Below are positions 11,701 through 23,345 of a DNA stretch of 64,000 bases, piece after piece. The translations under genes and the position numbers were made by a program. The DNA is taken from positions 1 through 64,000 of the forward strand of contig JAUCBJ010004814.1 in the NCBI GenBank assembly GCA_032718475.1, read 5' to 3'. The first letter of the stretch is position 1. Every line of letters begins with the position of its first letter. The notes under the pieces are model-generated. The model saw only the letters and a list, made by a program, of their open reading frames with translations. It did no database searches and was not told the DNA's origin. The stretch comes from Nemertoderma westbladi (lineage: Eukaryota > Animalia > Xenacoelomorpha).

Positions 11701-12903
11701 CACTTTCCGTTGGTCTTTGCCGACGCGTCCACTACCATCCGTAGTTTACCTTTCTTTGGATCTAAGGCCACGTGGAGTGGCAGGTAATAGGTCCTATCCG
11801 TGTTTGGTTCGTCGACCGGTAACTCAACGGCCCATCCTTTCTCGACGTACTTCTTAATTGTCTTATGGATATACTCATTTTTCTCAGGGCTCCGTTTTAA
11901 CGTCTGCTTTAATTTGCGAAGCTTCGTAAGTACCATCCCTCTGTTGTCGGGTAACGGTAGCTTCGGTAGCTTCCAAACCATCCCTATGGTATATCGCCCC
12001 TCATCGCATGTCATCGATTCAATCCATGCTTTGTAAAGCCTGCTTGTCTTCTACCGAGGTCCCGACCCCGGTCTCCTTTAGTCCCTCAAAATCTTGCCTG
12101 AGCAGTCTCTTAAGCTGCTCCTCTGCTCTCTCATCACCCATTTCCTGCATGGTTCCCGCGAACATGCATCCTGATGTCTCCGACATCCTAAATGGTATCT
12201 TGCTCTTGATTGGGCCACTCAGCGTCCACCCGAATGGTGTCAATATCGCCACCGGGTCACACTGCTTGTCTTCGCCGAAGACCGTTTGCATTCTTTCATG
12301 GGCTGTTGGGCAGTCCATTCCTACTATGATGGATACCTTCCTAACGTCCACTTCTGGGATTGAGAAGTCAATGTTGTCCAGGAATTTATATTGCTCGACC
12401 TCGATGTTGGTTGGCCGCCTGGCATTGATATTAATTGACTCTATCACTTGGATGGGGTCGATGGTTGCCCCGTAGTCGCATCCCGGTGCCACCGCTGCAA
12501 TTGTGCACCATCCAGTCCTCATCTCCAGGATCTCATCTTTACTAGAGATGGTTGTTACCGCCATTCTACTTGGCCTCGTTCTCAATCCTATCTCTTCGGC
12601 CACCCATTCCTCGACTAATGTGAAGGCAGCTCCACTATCAACCAGCATCAGTGTGGTTACTGATTGATTGCCTTCTCCAATCACTCGCACAGGTACTACC
12701 CCAAGTAGCACTGTTCCTCTCTTCTTCGCCCCTACTGTGCTCGTTGCCATTGTTTGGCCCTTCCTTTGACCGAACTTGACCGGCGTCTCCTTGCATTGCC
12801 TAGCTCTATGTCCACTCATCACGCATCGCGAGCAGATCTCGTTTCTCGCCGCATATTCTACCTGATCTTCTCTAGGTAGCGCTTGCCAGTACCTGCAGTT
12901 CAT
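8730..12903 (-). pseudogene. pol: BEL/Pao pol: aspartic protease, RT, RNase H, integrase (several stops and frameshifts)
   Basis: PR LVDSGA (12019-12903); RT YYLPLH, LRMVVDAS, DIEGMFNQV, FYVDD and RH FSDAS...PKLEL (10608-12014); WTDS...FVANRV...NPADLLSRG (9945-10586); IN HHCC, GVDMFGP, SDNGTNF, GCVERLV, WRRWVEEYL (8730-9942). Confidence 0.95.
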
Positions 12904-15900
12904 GGTTTTATGAAGCGCATTTGTATGTAGCTGGCATTTGCTGTTTTGGTTGTAGCCGTCCTTATACAGTGCATCGCGTATCGCAGCTGTGTTTGTACCA
13001 AAGTCCCTACTATTCTTATTGCTTGGGTTCGGCCTACTGGACGTACTGGGGTTATATTTATTTGTGTTGTTATTTCTCCCCTGTCCGTTCCATGGTGTGG
13101 TCTTACCTTCGGCTACCTGTGGACTTGCAGTCCCCTGCGTCGCTGCGTATGGCAGTGATTGCCTTAGCTTTGGTAATGCGTTTGACGTGTTGTGCTCTGG
13201 TTTCGGTCTATGATAATCCGTCTTTGGTCCCTTTCCCTAGCTATCTTCACTATAGACTGGGTCGGTTATTAGTTCAGCTTCGTAATTCAAGAAGCTTGAC
13301 ATTTCTTCTAAACCCGGTTCCGCACCCTTTCTATCTCGAGTGGAGAAGGCGATTTTCCTCCACTTGTTGCGCAGCCAGCTCGGTAGTGCCTGCGCTATCG
13401 TGGTGAAGTTATTGGACGCGTTGAGCTCGTATGGCGCGTCTAGCGTCTTCAGCACGATTAGCGCCTTTTCGACTTTGTTAGCGAACGTCTTAATGCTAAC
13501 GGGATTATCCTGTAGGCCACCCGATGTTATGCCTCTCAGTGTCTGTCTGATGATCTTGGCCGGGTGCCCATATTCCCTGTCCAGTGCCCACCATGCTGTC
13601 GTGAAGCCGCCCTCTATGCCTTGATATTGCCTCACGATGTCGTATGCTGGGCCTCCCGTGTATACTTGCAGATATTTTAGGCACTCCGCCTGCGTCAACT
13701 TCTTTGTTAGTATTTCGTTACTATACATGCGCCGAAACTGTAGATATTCTTCCGGCCTACTCCCATCGAATTTGAATGGTTCCACGGGTGGTAACTCGAT
13801 ACTCGTTTTCAACGCATCGATCAACGTGGCCATCCCCATCGCCTGCGCTTCCAATGGGTTCGATGGATGCTGTATAGTTTCTCCTGTCTGGTGCGGTCCG
13901 TCCGTCCTATTTTCTGTCTTCCTTTGACTTGGGTATGTCATTGGGGGTAGCGGCCCCCTCCATATTTCTGTGTCGCACGACCTATTTTTATCCACGGCTC
14001 CCGTTGTTCTTGCTCCTATCGGGGTATATTGTTGATATTGTGATGGGGGAATGTCACCCTGCCCCCCCCCCCCCCCACCGGTATGTTCGGTACTGGGGTT
14101 GATGTTAATATATTGGGGCCCATGCACCTATCTGCAATAATTCCCCCCTCCCCTGGGTATATGTTATGTCCCTGCATGCTGTAGTCATACTGCTGCACTG
14201 GTAACGGTATAGGCCTATCAGCTTCTGGCCTACCCGCCGGTATGTACTCCGCGACTTCCGGGTTTAATCCCGTCGTCCGCGCTATCCTATCGCCTACATT
14301 GCCTCTGTCAGCATGGCCTATGGTATGTGCAGTAAGGCCTACAGTATGTCCTACAGTCTGCATGTGTCGCTCGGGATCAAAGTTTATTCTTCTCGAATAG
14401 TCCTCTCCGCGGCTACCGTATTCTCGATCGGTAGGTATATCCCGTCGGAAAGTTTCTCTTCAACCCCCTATACTGCTCTCATCTTCGTACCGGTACATCG
14501 CGTACCCCTCCATCGGCGCGTAATGCGCCTCGCCAGGTCGCATCTCTCTGGGGCGACAGCAATCTCCCGAAGTTCGACCCCACTGACTCTCCGTTCTCAT
14601 CTCGACTACCGACGGCTCACTATCCGTCCTCGCTCTTCTATCGTTCGCGGCGATACTTCTCCTACTCTCTTCTCCTCTTCTCCCTACAGTGCAATATTCC
14701 CGTTCATGAGATCTCTCGTCGACCTCCCGGTTAAATTCCACTACTCTTCTTCCCTCTTCTGATCGGGCTCGACGCTTCGTCCGCCCTCTCACAACGTCAA
14801 CCTGTCTCTCTCTGCTCGGTCGCCAGCCGTTGGGGATACTCGCAATCCCCCTATCATTCTCCGTCGCTGGGTGTTGCGGTTTACCTATTTCGGCCCGCGC
14901 ATTATCCGTTGACGCCTGTGGGGCGCTCTCTACCCCCCCTTTTCGCCGCTAACTCGCTGTAGCCCCCCCCCCCACTCGCCACATCTAACTTCGCTATCTC
15001 TCACCCTGCTACTATATCCCTCTCTAGTCGACACAATGTTCCTACTGCGGCTGGGTCCATTCATCCCCGCCTCTCTCTCCACCATTATTTGGCCTACCGG
15101 GCCTACTCTGGGTTGGCTCAACCCCGCCACCTCCTGCCTACTAACTACGTGGCCTACCAGGCCCCCCTCGGGTTGACTCAACCCCACCACCTCCGGCCTA
15201 CTAACTACGTGGCCTACCAGGCCCCCCTCGGGTTGACTCAACCCCGCCACCTCCGGCCTACTAACTACGTGGCCTACCAGGCCCATCCCGGGTTGGCTCA
15301 ACCCCGCCACCTCCGGCCTACTAACTACGCGGCCTACCAGGCCCATCCCGGGTTGGCCCAACCCCGCCACCTCCGGCCTACTAACTACGCGGCCTACCAG
15401 GCCCATCCCGGGTTGGCCCAACCCCGCCACCTCCTGCCCACTAACTATGCGGTCCATCAGGCTGGCTTCCTGATTATACATGCCCGATGCGTTCACATTA
15501 ATAGCACCACAGGCACCGCCATTGGTTAAGTCAATTAAATCTTGCACCCCAGTTAAATTATCTTGTGCACCCAAATTAGAAACGGAATTATTTTGTTCGT
15601 TCAAAATAAAGTTTTCCGGATTATTTTGCGCAATTGCGTTACTTAAATTATTTTGTAAGTTCGAATTCGGGTTATTATTTAAATTATTTGGATTATTTTG
15701 TGTAGCTACATTAATATTAGGATTACTTCCTACATTAACATTAGGATTACTCGGGTTTAAATTTAAATTACTGCTACCAGGTAAGATATTTCCTGCAATA
15801 AAGGTTTGGTTAGAGTTCTCCAATACGGTACTATTAATATTAACGACATCTACTGTAGCATTATTATTACCCCCCCGCCCGTACGGTCACACCAGTTTTG

Positions 15901-17329
15901 GGTCTGTCGTGCGGTCCCTGTAAGTGGGGTATTAATAAATGTATCCACGGCCCCTGGCTCCTCGAAAATATTCGAGCCAGTCCCGCTCTCAGACGCCCCT
16001 ATCCGCGCCAGTTCCAGTTCGCACGCGCGTCTAACTCCGTACTCTATAAGCACGCTTTGGCGTTTTCCCAATTCTTTTCGCTCACGTTCCTCTCTTTCCA
16101 CTCTCTCCCGACACTCCCGTGCGCTCTGCTCAGCCAACTCTGCCACTCTCCTAGCTCCCTCCCATCGCCTCACGCTCCTTACGTTCCTTTTCCTCTCTCG
16201 CCTCACGTTCCTTACGTTCCGCCTCACGCTCTTTGCATTCCTTTTCCTCTCTCGCCCCACGCTCCTTGCGTTCCTTCTCCTCTCTCACCTCACGCTCCCT
16301 GTGTTCCGCCACACGCTCCTCTTGTTCCTTTCTCTCTATTTCCTCACACTCCCTAAGGATTTTCACGGCCCTTTCGGCCCTCTCTCCTGTTTTTCTAATC
16401 AGCACCATTTCCTTCTCCAGCAGCATTCTCCCCTCCTCTAACCGTCTATCTACCTCCCTCTGACCTTGCACTATCAGGTCGAGATGGTACGTGGCATTTA
16501 TCTCTCTCACCCGTCTTTCTTTTACGGAGGATGTAGCAGACTTATCGGTTGTGACGGATTCCCTCCGCCCTCCCATCCTACTAATTTCCCCCCTCCTCCC
16601 GGAACTCCCTCCGACCGACGAGGCCGAATCCTCGGGGTTAACCTCGGATTCGCCCTCCTCAGGTCTCCTCCAGCCCACAAATTTTATACCCTGGGCATCG
16701 ACCAAGTATGGCCCTATGTACACTACATTAGGTTGCATACCCCTACACCACCATAAGTCACACAGTTCCTCAGCAACCCCTCTCGCTCTCTCCTTGGCCA
16801 GTTCTCTCTGCCCGAAGCGCATCAGATAATTAAAATGTATATTCGACTCACCTAGTCGTTTCCTCAGTCTCACCTCGTCTATCTTCGCCCCCTCCTTGGC
16901 CTCCTTTAGTAGTTTCCGGGTCGCGTTGTAGGCCCGTCGAAGTTGATCAGAAACCCCGACGTCCTCGTCGCCAACCTCTCTTCCGTCTCTCCGGGTCCGA
17001 CGTCGTACCGGCGGCCCCACCGTCGCCGTTCCGGTGGGCCGTCCGTCGCCCTCGGCCTGTGGCGGGCCGGCGACATCGGTACGTTGACCGTCGTCGTGTG
17101 TCGACTTGTCTCCTTCTCCTTCCAACTCACCCTCTCGGTCTCTCAACTCGACTCCCCCTCCTCTCGACTCGACCTCTGGCTCCAGACGGCCCCCCTCATC
17201 CTGAGCTGCCGGATGACCCGTTACCGATGGGTCCGGCGTCGTGGGCCTGTACCATCTGGTCGCGGCCTCACGGATCGTTAGTTCTTCGTCCGGGGTCCGC
17301 GTCGGTGTCGTCTCTCCCGACTGACTCAT
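12904..17329 (-). pseudogene. gag: BEL/Pao gag, very long: coiled coil, Asn-rich and 20-aa-repeat region, DUF1759-like capsid, Zn knuckles
   Basis: ORF pieces 16151-17329 (E/R/K coiled coil), 14930-15823 and 13237-14127 (FKFDGSRPEEYLQFRRMY...LKYLQVYTGGPA), with Cys/His knuckles at about 12790-12935. Confidence 0.85.
15093..15470. repeat. 60-bp coding tandem repeat (about 6 copies) in gag of A
   Basis: The unit ACCCCGCCACCTCCGGCCTACTAACTAC... recurs every 60 nt and encodes VVSRPEVAGLSQPGMGLVGH-type 20-mers. Confidence 0.9.
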
Positions 17330-17388
17330 CTCTCTTCTATAGATTGGTGGCTGGTAGTTACTGAGTTCAACTAGGGCGGCAGCTCTTT

Positions 17389-17397
17389 TTCAATTAC
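17389..17397 (-). promoter_or_regulatory. Non-tRNA primer-binding-site position of A (GTAATTGAA), complementary to LTR site 17573-17581
   Basis: It abuts the 5' LTR, lacks TGG, and is the exact reverse complement of a 9-mer inside the LTR. Confidence 0.6.
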
Positions 17398-17937
17398 TGT
17401 GACGGGATCCAGGAAGGATCCCGGTTTATCCGGTTTGTCAGTTCACGCGTCCCCGCCGTGTGTGAAAGATAAAAGAGTTTGCGTTGTTCGTTGTATGTAA
17501 TATTGGGATATATAATACAGATATAGATAATGGTGGACAAAAGTTATTATTGTATATGGAAGGTGGGAGATGGTAATTGAAGTCCCAGTACTTCCCTAGC
17601 TAAACTATTTCTACTGTAACACCAATAATACTGAGATAACTGAATGAGATGATTACTGCCAACTGGTTATATTGCACGGGTTGGCCTTGTTGCTCTACCT
17701 AGCCGATGCCTTTCCCCCCTCTGATTGGTTGATACCCTTGTTGGCGCCCTTTGGAGTGTTCCCGTTCACTCCACCTATTCTCTCTCGGTTAGGGGTTTGG
17801 CCCCTGACCCTCATTGTGTTTCTCCTTCCCATTTTGTTGGGGTGACACGAGTTATTGGTTGCCCAATCTCGTGGCCCCCAATATTGCTTATCGGCTTACT
17901 TTGTGGGTTTGGGTTAGCGGGATTGAATAAGCTAACA
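17398..17937 (-). repeat. 5' LTR of BEL element A
   Basis: Direct repeat of 4295-4834, upstream of gag on the minus strand. Confidence 0.95.
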
Positions 17938-18349
17938 ACCGTATCGGCGCATGCATTTACAAACAGTCTGACAGTTGAAAGGAAAATCTTTGTAAGGATT
18001 TGCTACATCACAAAGATTAAAGAAATCAAGGGTCAGTCCAAGCAGTAATCACTATTCAAAGACATTTATCAAGCAAGTGAAAACAGCAGAAATCAGCATT
18101 TGCAATTAACAGAACTAGCAGAATTAACAATTTACAACGACAAAAAGTGTAAGAATAATTAAGAATATTAAGCGAACATTAACGGAGATCAAGAAGTGAA
18201 TAAGTGAACCAACTGAACAAAAAATGGGTATGACGCAATGTTTATCTCATTGGTCCAACAAATCCTACTACCATTAAACCAACCTAAATAGATAAACCAA
18301 TGTGAGCGCCGGATTGTGGCCCTGTGCCTCTCAAACTGTACAAGCAGAC

Positions 18350-19650
18350 ATCAAACCCAGCAATCCTCGTCCAACTCCAGGTGTTCCTCTAATCGGATCA
18401 GATTTGGATGGAGTATCAGTAATGTAAGTAATGGATGTGGAATCAAACTGTCCGCCAACACTTCGCTCTCAGAAGTCATCTGAGCTCTCATGGGTTCAGG
18501 TAAAGGGTACCCTGTTCCTCCTCGTGGTTCTCTAGGAAGAGCAACGGTATCTCGGGTAATCCGGATCTGCGATTCGGGTTTTCCTCTTTCCACAATGTTG
18601 ATCATCGGCATAACATATTGTCCCACCTTCATCTTTGGGGATTTAAGTATGCGATGTTGAGTGTCCTCTCGAGGATATCGCATCGATGATTCCAATGGAG
18701 TGGCTTTTACTTTGGTTTCCTGTAGAATCTCCTCGGCATCAAGTATACCGGGTTTCACTCGCTTGTTGTAGAATGTGCATCAGTAGGCCCAAGAGATAGT
18801 ATGCCACGCTCCTCTATTGCGTTGTTCTACTCGCAATCTGTCGAACTCTCCAGTGGTAATGTGGTTCACCACAGTCTGGAAATTCCAGGTGTTCTTATTG
18901 GAAGCAGGACAATTCGGTCCCAGTCAATTAGGTCCGGACAATTCGGTCCCGGACAATTCGGTCCCAGACAATTCGGTCCCATTTATTTAGTGTTTTGGGA
19001 CCAAATTGTCAGGGACCAAATTCTGCGGGACCTAATTGTCTGGACCAAATTGCCCGGGACCGAATTGTCCTACATCCATTCTTATTATGGATCTGGCGAA
19101 AGTAATCTTACATGACCACTATCCACTATCCAAAGGTAGAATATCAACAATCTCTAACAGCTCGTCATACTGCGGCATCGCCAATACATATCCCTCCTTC
19201 GACATAACCAAGGGGTTTATGGCCCACAACCCAAGGTGTGCCCTTATTGGGAATCGGCGCCATTGAGTCGATACATGCTCGTCCACTAAATGATCGAACA
19301 GCTGCCGCATAATCTTTACCGACGTATGTTCGTACGGTACGTCCCGAAATTGGCATTCTGAAGCTCGATGTCCCTTTATGTTACAGCACACTGTGCGACG
19401 AATCGCCAGAAGGTGTAGAATGTGTGAGATCCATAATCTCCACACCAGTTACAAACTAAGTCCGACGAAGATATGTGTTTGGCTCCACATTTCTTAGCAT
19501 GATGTCCTGTAGCTCCACATATTCTACATATAGTATTCGCTGGATTCCAAACGCATTTGTAGACTTAAGTCCCCAATAGGGCGAGCACTATCGTCTACCT
19601 GATAATCATAATCGTCGGGATCAGTTGGTATATTCGTCTCCATGGGTTGT
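18350..19650 (-). pseudogene. Relic of another multi-zinc-knuckle accessory ORF (probably the 3' part of an older LTR element)
   Basis: The minus strand encodes CRICGATGHHAKKC, CNWCGDYGSH and CNIKGHRASEC across frameshifts, followed by LFDHLVDEHVST, which resembles IFEEWADVGATT of element A. Confidence 0.55.
18900..19077. mobile_element. 178-bp foldback MITE, MULE-like
   Basis: TIRs GGAAGCAGGACAATTCGGTCCC / GGGACCGAATTGTCCTACATCC with internal 15-bp repeats; 9-bp TSD GTTCTTATT (18891-18899) / ATTCTTATT (19078-19086). Confidence 0.8.
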
Positions 19651-20199
19651 ACAATGTCAGGTCAGGTATTCTAGGTCATTGATCAAGAAAACTTGCCACC
19701 TCCATGCAGCATAAAGGAGGAGCCACCTGTAGCTGCATAGACCCTCTTACTAGGGCAAATCTGGTCCTGTAACTAGGACCCCATCGTTCTGGGATAAGGA
19801 CGCCGTTGGTCCTGGATTAAGGACCCATATACTTGGCTGCAGGGGTATATGGCCTGGCCAGGCAGATGGTGATCTACCAATGGCTGGTCAGGAGTAGAGT
19901 GTTCTCATGTTCAGTCTGAGTGCACTTCACTGCGACCTGCACCTGGCAGCAGGGATACAGGGCATGACCCAGCAGATGAGCTGCACAGCCAATGGTGGGT
20001 CATGTGCGCCAGAGTAGATATGGGTGATGGGCCTCATATCTGACTCCACTGCGACACCTACCCTGTGGAACGGCAAACCAGGGTGTGGTATTTGTGGCTG
20101 AGCTACTAGTATGGGTTGTACACAGACCATAGCATCGTTTCTCTCAAGTGGACGAATCTCGGACAAGCACGCAAAACAGCAGTTTTGCATTTCCACAAA

Positions 20200-22140
20200 T
20201 GATTTTTAACCAGTTTTTCCTGATCAACGAGCGACCTTGAAAATCAGTATAGCTTCAGGATTACCAAAAAAAAGGCAACGTTTTACAGTATATCATTTTT
20301 TGCTATTGAACTTTTCCTTCTGGGACACCAGAATGACACCAATATTGGTTTCGCTTTAACAAAAACATTTATAACTAGTTTCATTGTAATCAGCGACAAC
20401 GAAAACCCGTATACCTTCAGAATTAACAAAGCAAACACAACATTTATTAGATTGACATTTTTTTACTTGTCTGTGTTGTATTTTCAAAAAAATTGAAAGG
20501 TACAAGATTTTTTTCAATACAGGTTTTCTGGGGCGCCGAATCCATTGGAAAATAATTAAAAATGATGTGATTGCTGTAAATGTCTTCCTAATAGTGAATT
20601 GTGAATTCCTAATTGTGAAGTTTTCGAGTTATAGCACCATTTTTTAAATTTATTTTGTGCACTTTTTTTAAGCGTTTTTTGAAAATTACATTTCATGAAA
20701 TATGATTTGTAATCTCTATTTTTGATTTACACCGGTTTTTTTGGTGTTTGGAATTAGATAGAATTCATATAAATTAATTTAGAAATTCCAAACTTGTTTT
20801 TTCCAACGTGTGCCAAATTTTGGTGCAGAAACCAAATTTTGAGATATGCAATTTTTGTAAATTGATTGTTTGTACCTGTTTTTTGCGCAATAGGGGTTTT
20901 GGGGGAATTGTGCTGGATTACGCAAAAACGGCCACAAAGGGTGAAGATCTGGGATTCACACTTCAAGAACGCAGAAGTAGTAGATATCCGGCAACTACAG
21001 TCACAGACACCGACTTTGCGGATGACATCGCCCTGCTCTCTAATACGCTAGCAGATGCACAGCTTCTACTAAATAAAGTGGAGAGGGCTGCTAAGGAGGT
21101 TGGATTGCATATAAATGCTACCAAGACCGAATTCATGACCTTTAATGTTGATGGAAACTTGACAACCATTGATAATAATCAACTAAGGCAGGTCGATGAC
21201 TTCCAATACCTTGGATCATGGATAGAGAGTAGCAAAAAGGACATAGAAGTTAGGAAAGCAAAGGCTTGGATAGCTCTATCAAAAATGGATACCATCTGGA
21301 AATCAGATCTCTCCAGGCACCTGAAGACCAAGTTCTTTCGAGCCACAGTGGAAAGTGTATTTTTATACGGGGGTGAGACCTGGACACTGACTAAATCACT
21401 TGAACAACGAATTGATGGTTGCTACACAAGACTACTAAGGGCAGCCCTAAACATCAGCTGGAGACAACACATGACAAACGCCGAGCTTTAAGGTACAATA
21501 CCACCTGCATCAACCACCCTCCGTGAACGCAGATTAAGATTCAGTGGGCCCTGCTGGCGAAGTAAAGACGAGGTCATACCAGATCTACTTCTCTGGCAAC
21601 CAACTCATGGAAAGCGTAGTCGTGGACGACCTGCCATAACATATATAGATCAACTTGAAAGGGATACTGAACTTGGGAGAAACGAAATTGCGACAACTAT
21701 GGAGAATCGGGAAGCCTGGAAGGATCTCATTTCCACTGTCCGAGTTCGCTCGACCTAGTAGTAGTAGGAGTTTTGGGGGGTTCTGGTTTCGATGGAATAT
21801 ATAAGAGGTGCATCAGCACGGTGCATGCAACTTGTATTTTTCGGTACTGTGTGCAAAATTTGGTGCCTTCACGAAATTCAGCATTGGACATCTCAAACTT
21901 GTACTTTTTGGTGATGGGTACGAAATTTTGTGCTAGCACCAAAATTTCCCATACGATGCCGGAAAATGTGAGAACCAATGATCTGGAAAATATGAAATGT
22001 ATTCCGCTAGAATCAGTGCTCATGAGAAATGTGAATTTATAGTGTGATATGTATAAGTCAATTAAATTTTTGTGTTAAGCCTAAAAACTGCTGGTTACTT
22101 GTTTTTTTCATTTTTTTTGCCTACGTAGAGCACTTTATCA
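20200..22140. mobile_element. Degenerate, rearranged relative of the non-autonomous piggyBac family at 25599 and 56997
   Basis: Shares blocks such as TTTTTGATTTACACCGGTTTTTT, GCTAGCACCAAAATTT and GCTGGTTACTTGTTTTT with the complete copies; no intact termini seen. Confidence 0.7.
20906..21764 (+). mobile_element. 5'-truncated RTE-clade LINE fragment
   Basis: RT C-terminus DFADDIALL...FQYLGS...RLRFSG; (TAG)n tail; 15-bp TSD TAGGGGTTTTGGGGG (20891-20905) / TAGGAGTTTTGGGGG (21765-21779); nearly identical to the copy at 31098-32665. Confidence 0.9.
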
Positions 22141-22799
22141 GTAATTAATGAAAGATTACAAACAATATGAATAACCTTTTAACTTTTTATCAACTATTTA
22201 TTTTCTTGGTCCAATAATTTCAATGTTTGTAATGACAAACTATTCTGAAGAAATTCACTGTCGAATTTTGAGTAATAATCTCTTGAAATTTCCTCAAAGT
22301 TGGCTTGGAATATCGTCAAAGTGTTATTATCTATTATATTAATGTTTATACTTTATAAAGTTTACAGTGAGAAAAATCATACCAACCTTGTAATTGTTTT
22401 TAAACCAGATAACACTATCTTAAACCATGAACCCTCTCCTTCGTAGTCTGTAGCCCAATCTTGCATATTGTCAACGAGTGCACTTTCACATCGCCTTTTG
22501 AGTATAATGTTTTGTTTTTTTAAATATTTCTCCACCGATGATGCAGAACATTGGCCATCAGAAGATACGTCGATGATAGCTAAATATATATTAAATCAAT
22601 TTTAAGTTGGTGTGTGTGTTTACAACAATGACAATAATAACACGAGTGGGTCCTTCGTGCTGCAAAAGGTGCAAGCCATCTTAGCGAATAATTATAATTA
22701 TATTTATTTATACATCCGATTTTTATAATTCTATATTTTTAATAAAATTAACGACACTTTATAAATAAAGTAAACAAAATAGTAACACATGATCTCCTT

Positions 22800-23345
22800 C
22801 GGGAACTCGGATGTTTCAGGGCTGGGGTGGCCCAAGGGTTCGTAGGCTACCAGGTGGAAGAGTCCATGAGTTTCTGGTACTTGCGGATCTTTAGAGTTTC
22901 CGCTTCCTCTGCAGTGCCGCCTCTGGCTCTGGTGGAGATCGTCTGGACGAGGTGGCTGGGCGCTAGTGGGTCCGTCGCCATCGCATCCCATGTGAGGAAC
23001 TGCCCGCCGCTCCACGGGACCAGGGTGACGCCATCTACTTTCTTATCGTCCCCTCTACACAAGCCCAGTGGCTCAAGTGTAGCGGGGATGCTACAGCTGA
23101 TGGGCAGCCAGCGCAAACTGTCGTTCAACATTGAGTGGCGCGGAAGTCTGCCAAGGCTCCTTGAGCAGAAAAGACCATGGAGATTGGGGGGCATCCAACA
23201 GAACATGCTTGCCACACCAGCACAGATGTGGGGCTCCGTCAGCCAACACCCAAGACGTGTACCATCCGAGATCCGGAACTGCGAGTCCATCAGCTTCAGT
23301 CCCAGAGAGCTGAAGGTTGTGGTCTGCGTTATCATGTTAGGCTAA
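22800..23345 (-). mobile_element. CRE-like non-LTR retrotransposon fragment (CCHC plus restriction-like endonuclease)
   Basis: HGLFC..GRLPRHSMLND...LEPLGLCRGDDKKVDGVTLVPWSGGQFLTWD is an RLE-type PD-(D/E)xK region. Confidence 0.75.

Larger units (their letters stand above)
4295..17937 (-). mobile_element. BEL/Pao LTR retrotransposon A, full-length (13.6 kb) with accessory ORFs; disabled
   Basis: Two 540-bp TG...CA LTRs; 5-bp TSD ACCAT (4290-4294) / ACCGT (17938-17942); PPT; order gag (DUF1759-like)-PR-RT-RH-IN with Pao-type motifs. Confidence 0.95.

Noticed and set aside
17391-17397. GTAATT / GTAAAC after the LTR read solely as a splice donor
   Set aside because: Possible, but it does not explain the co-varying complement inside the LTR, and C has no GT there. 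Kept only as a secondary alternative.
19680-20196. GC-balanced segment with an 89-aa minus ORF as a host exon
   Set aside because: No recognisable domain or supportable splice structure; left unannotated.
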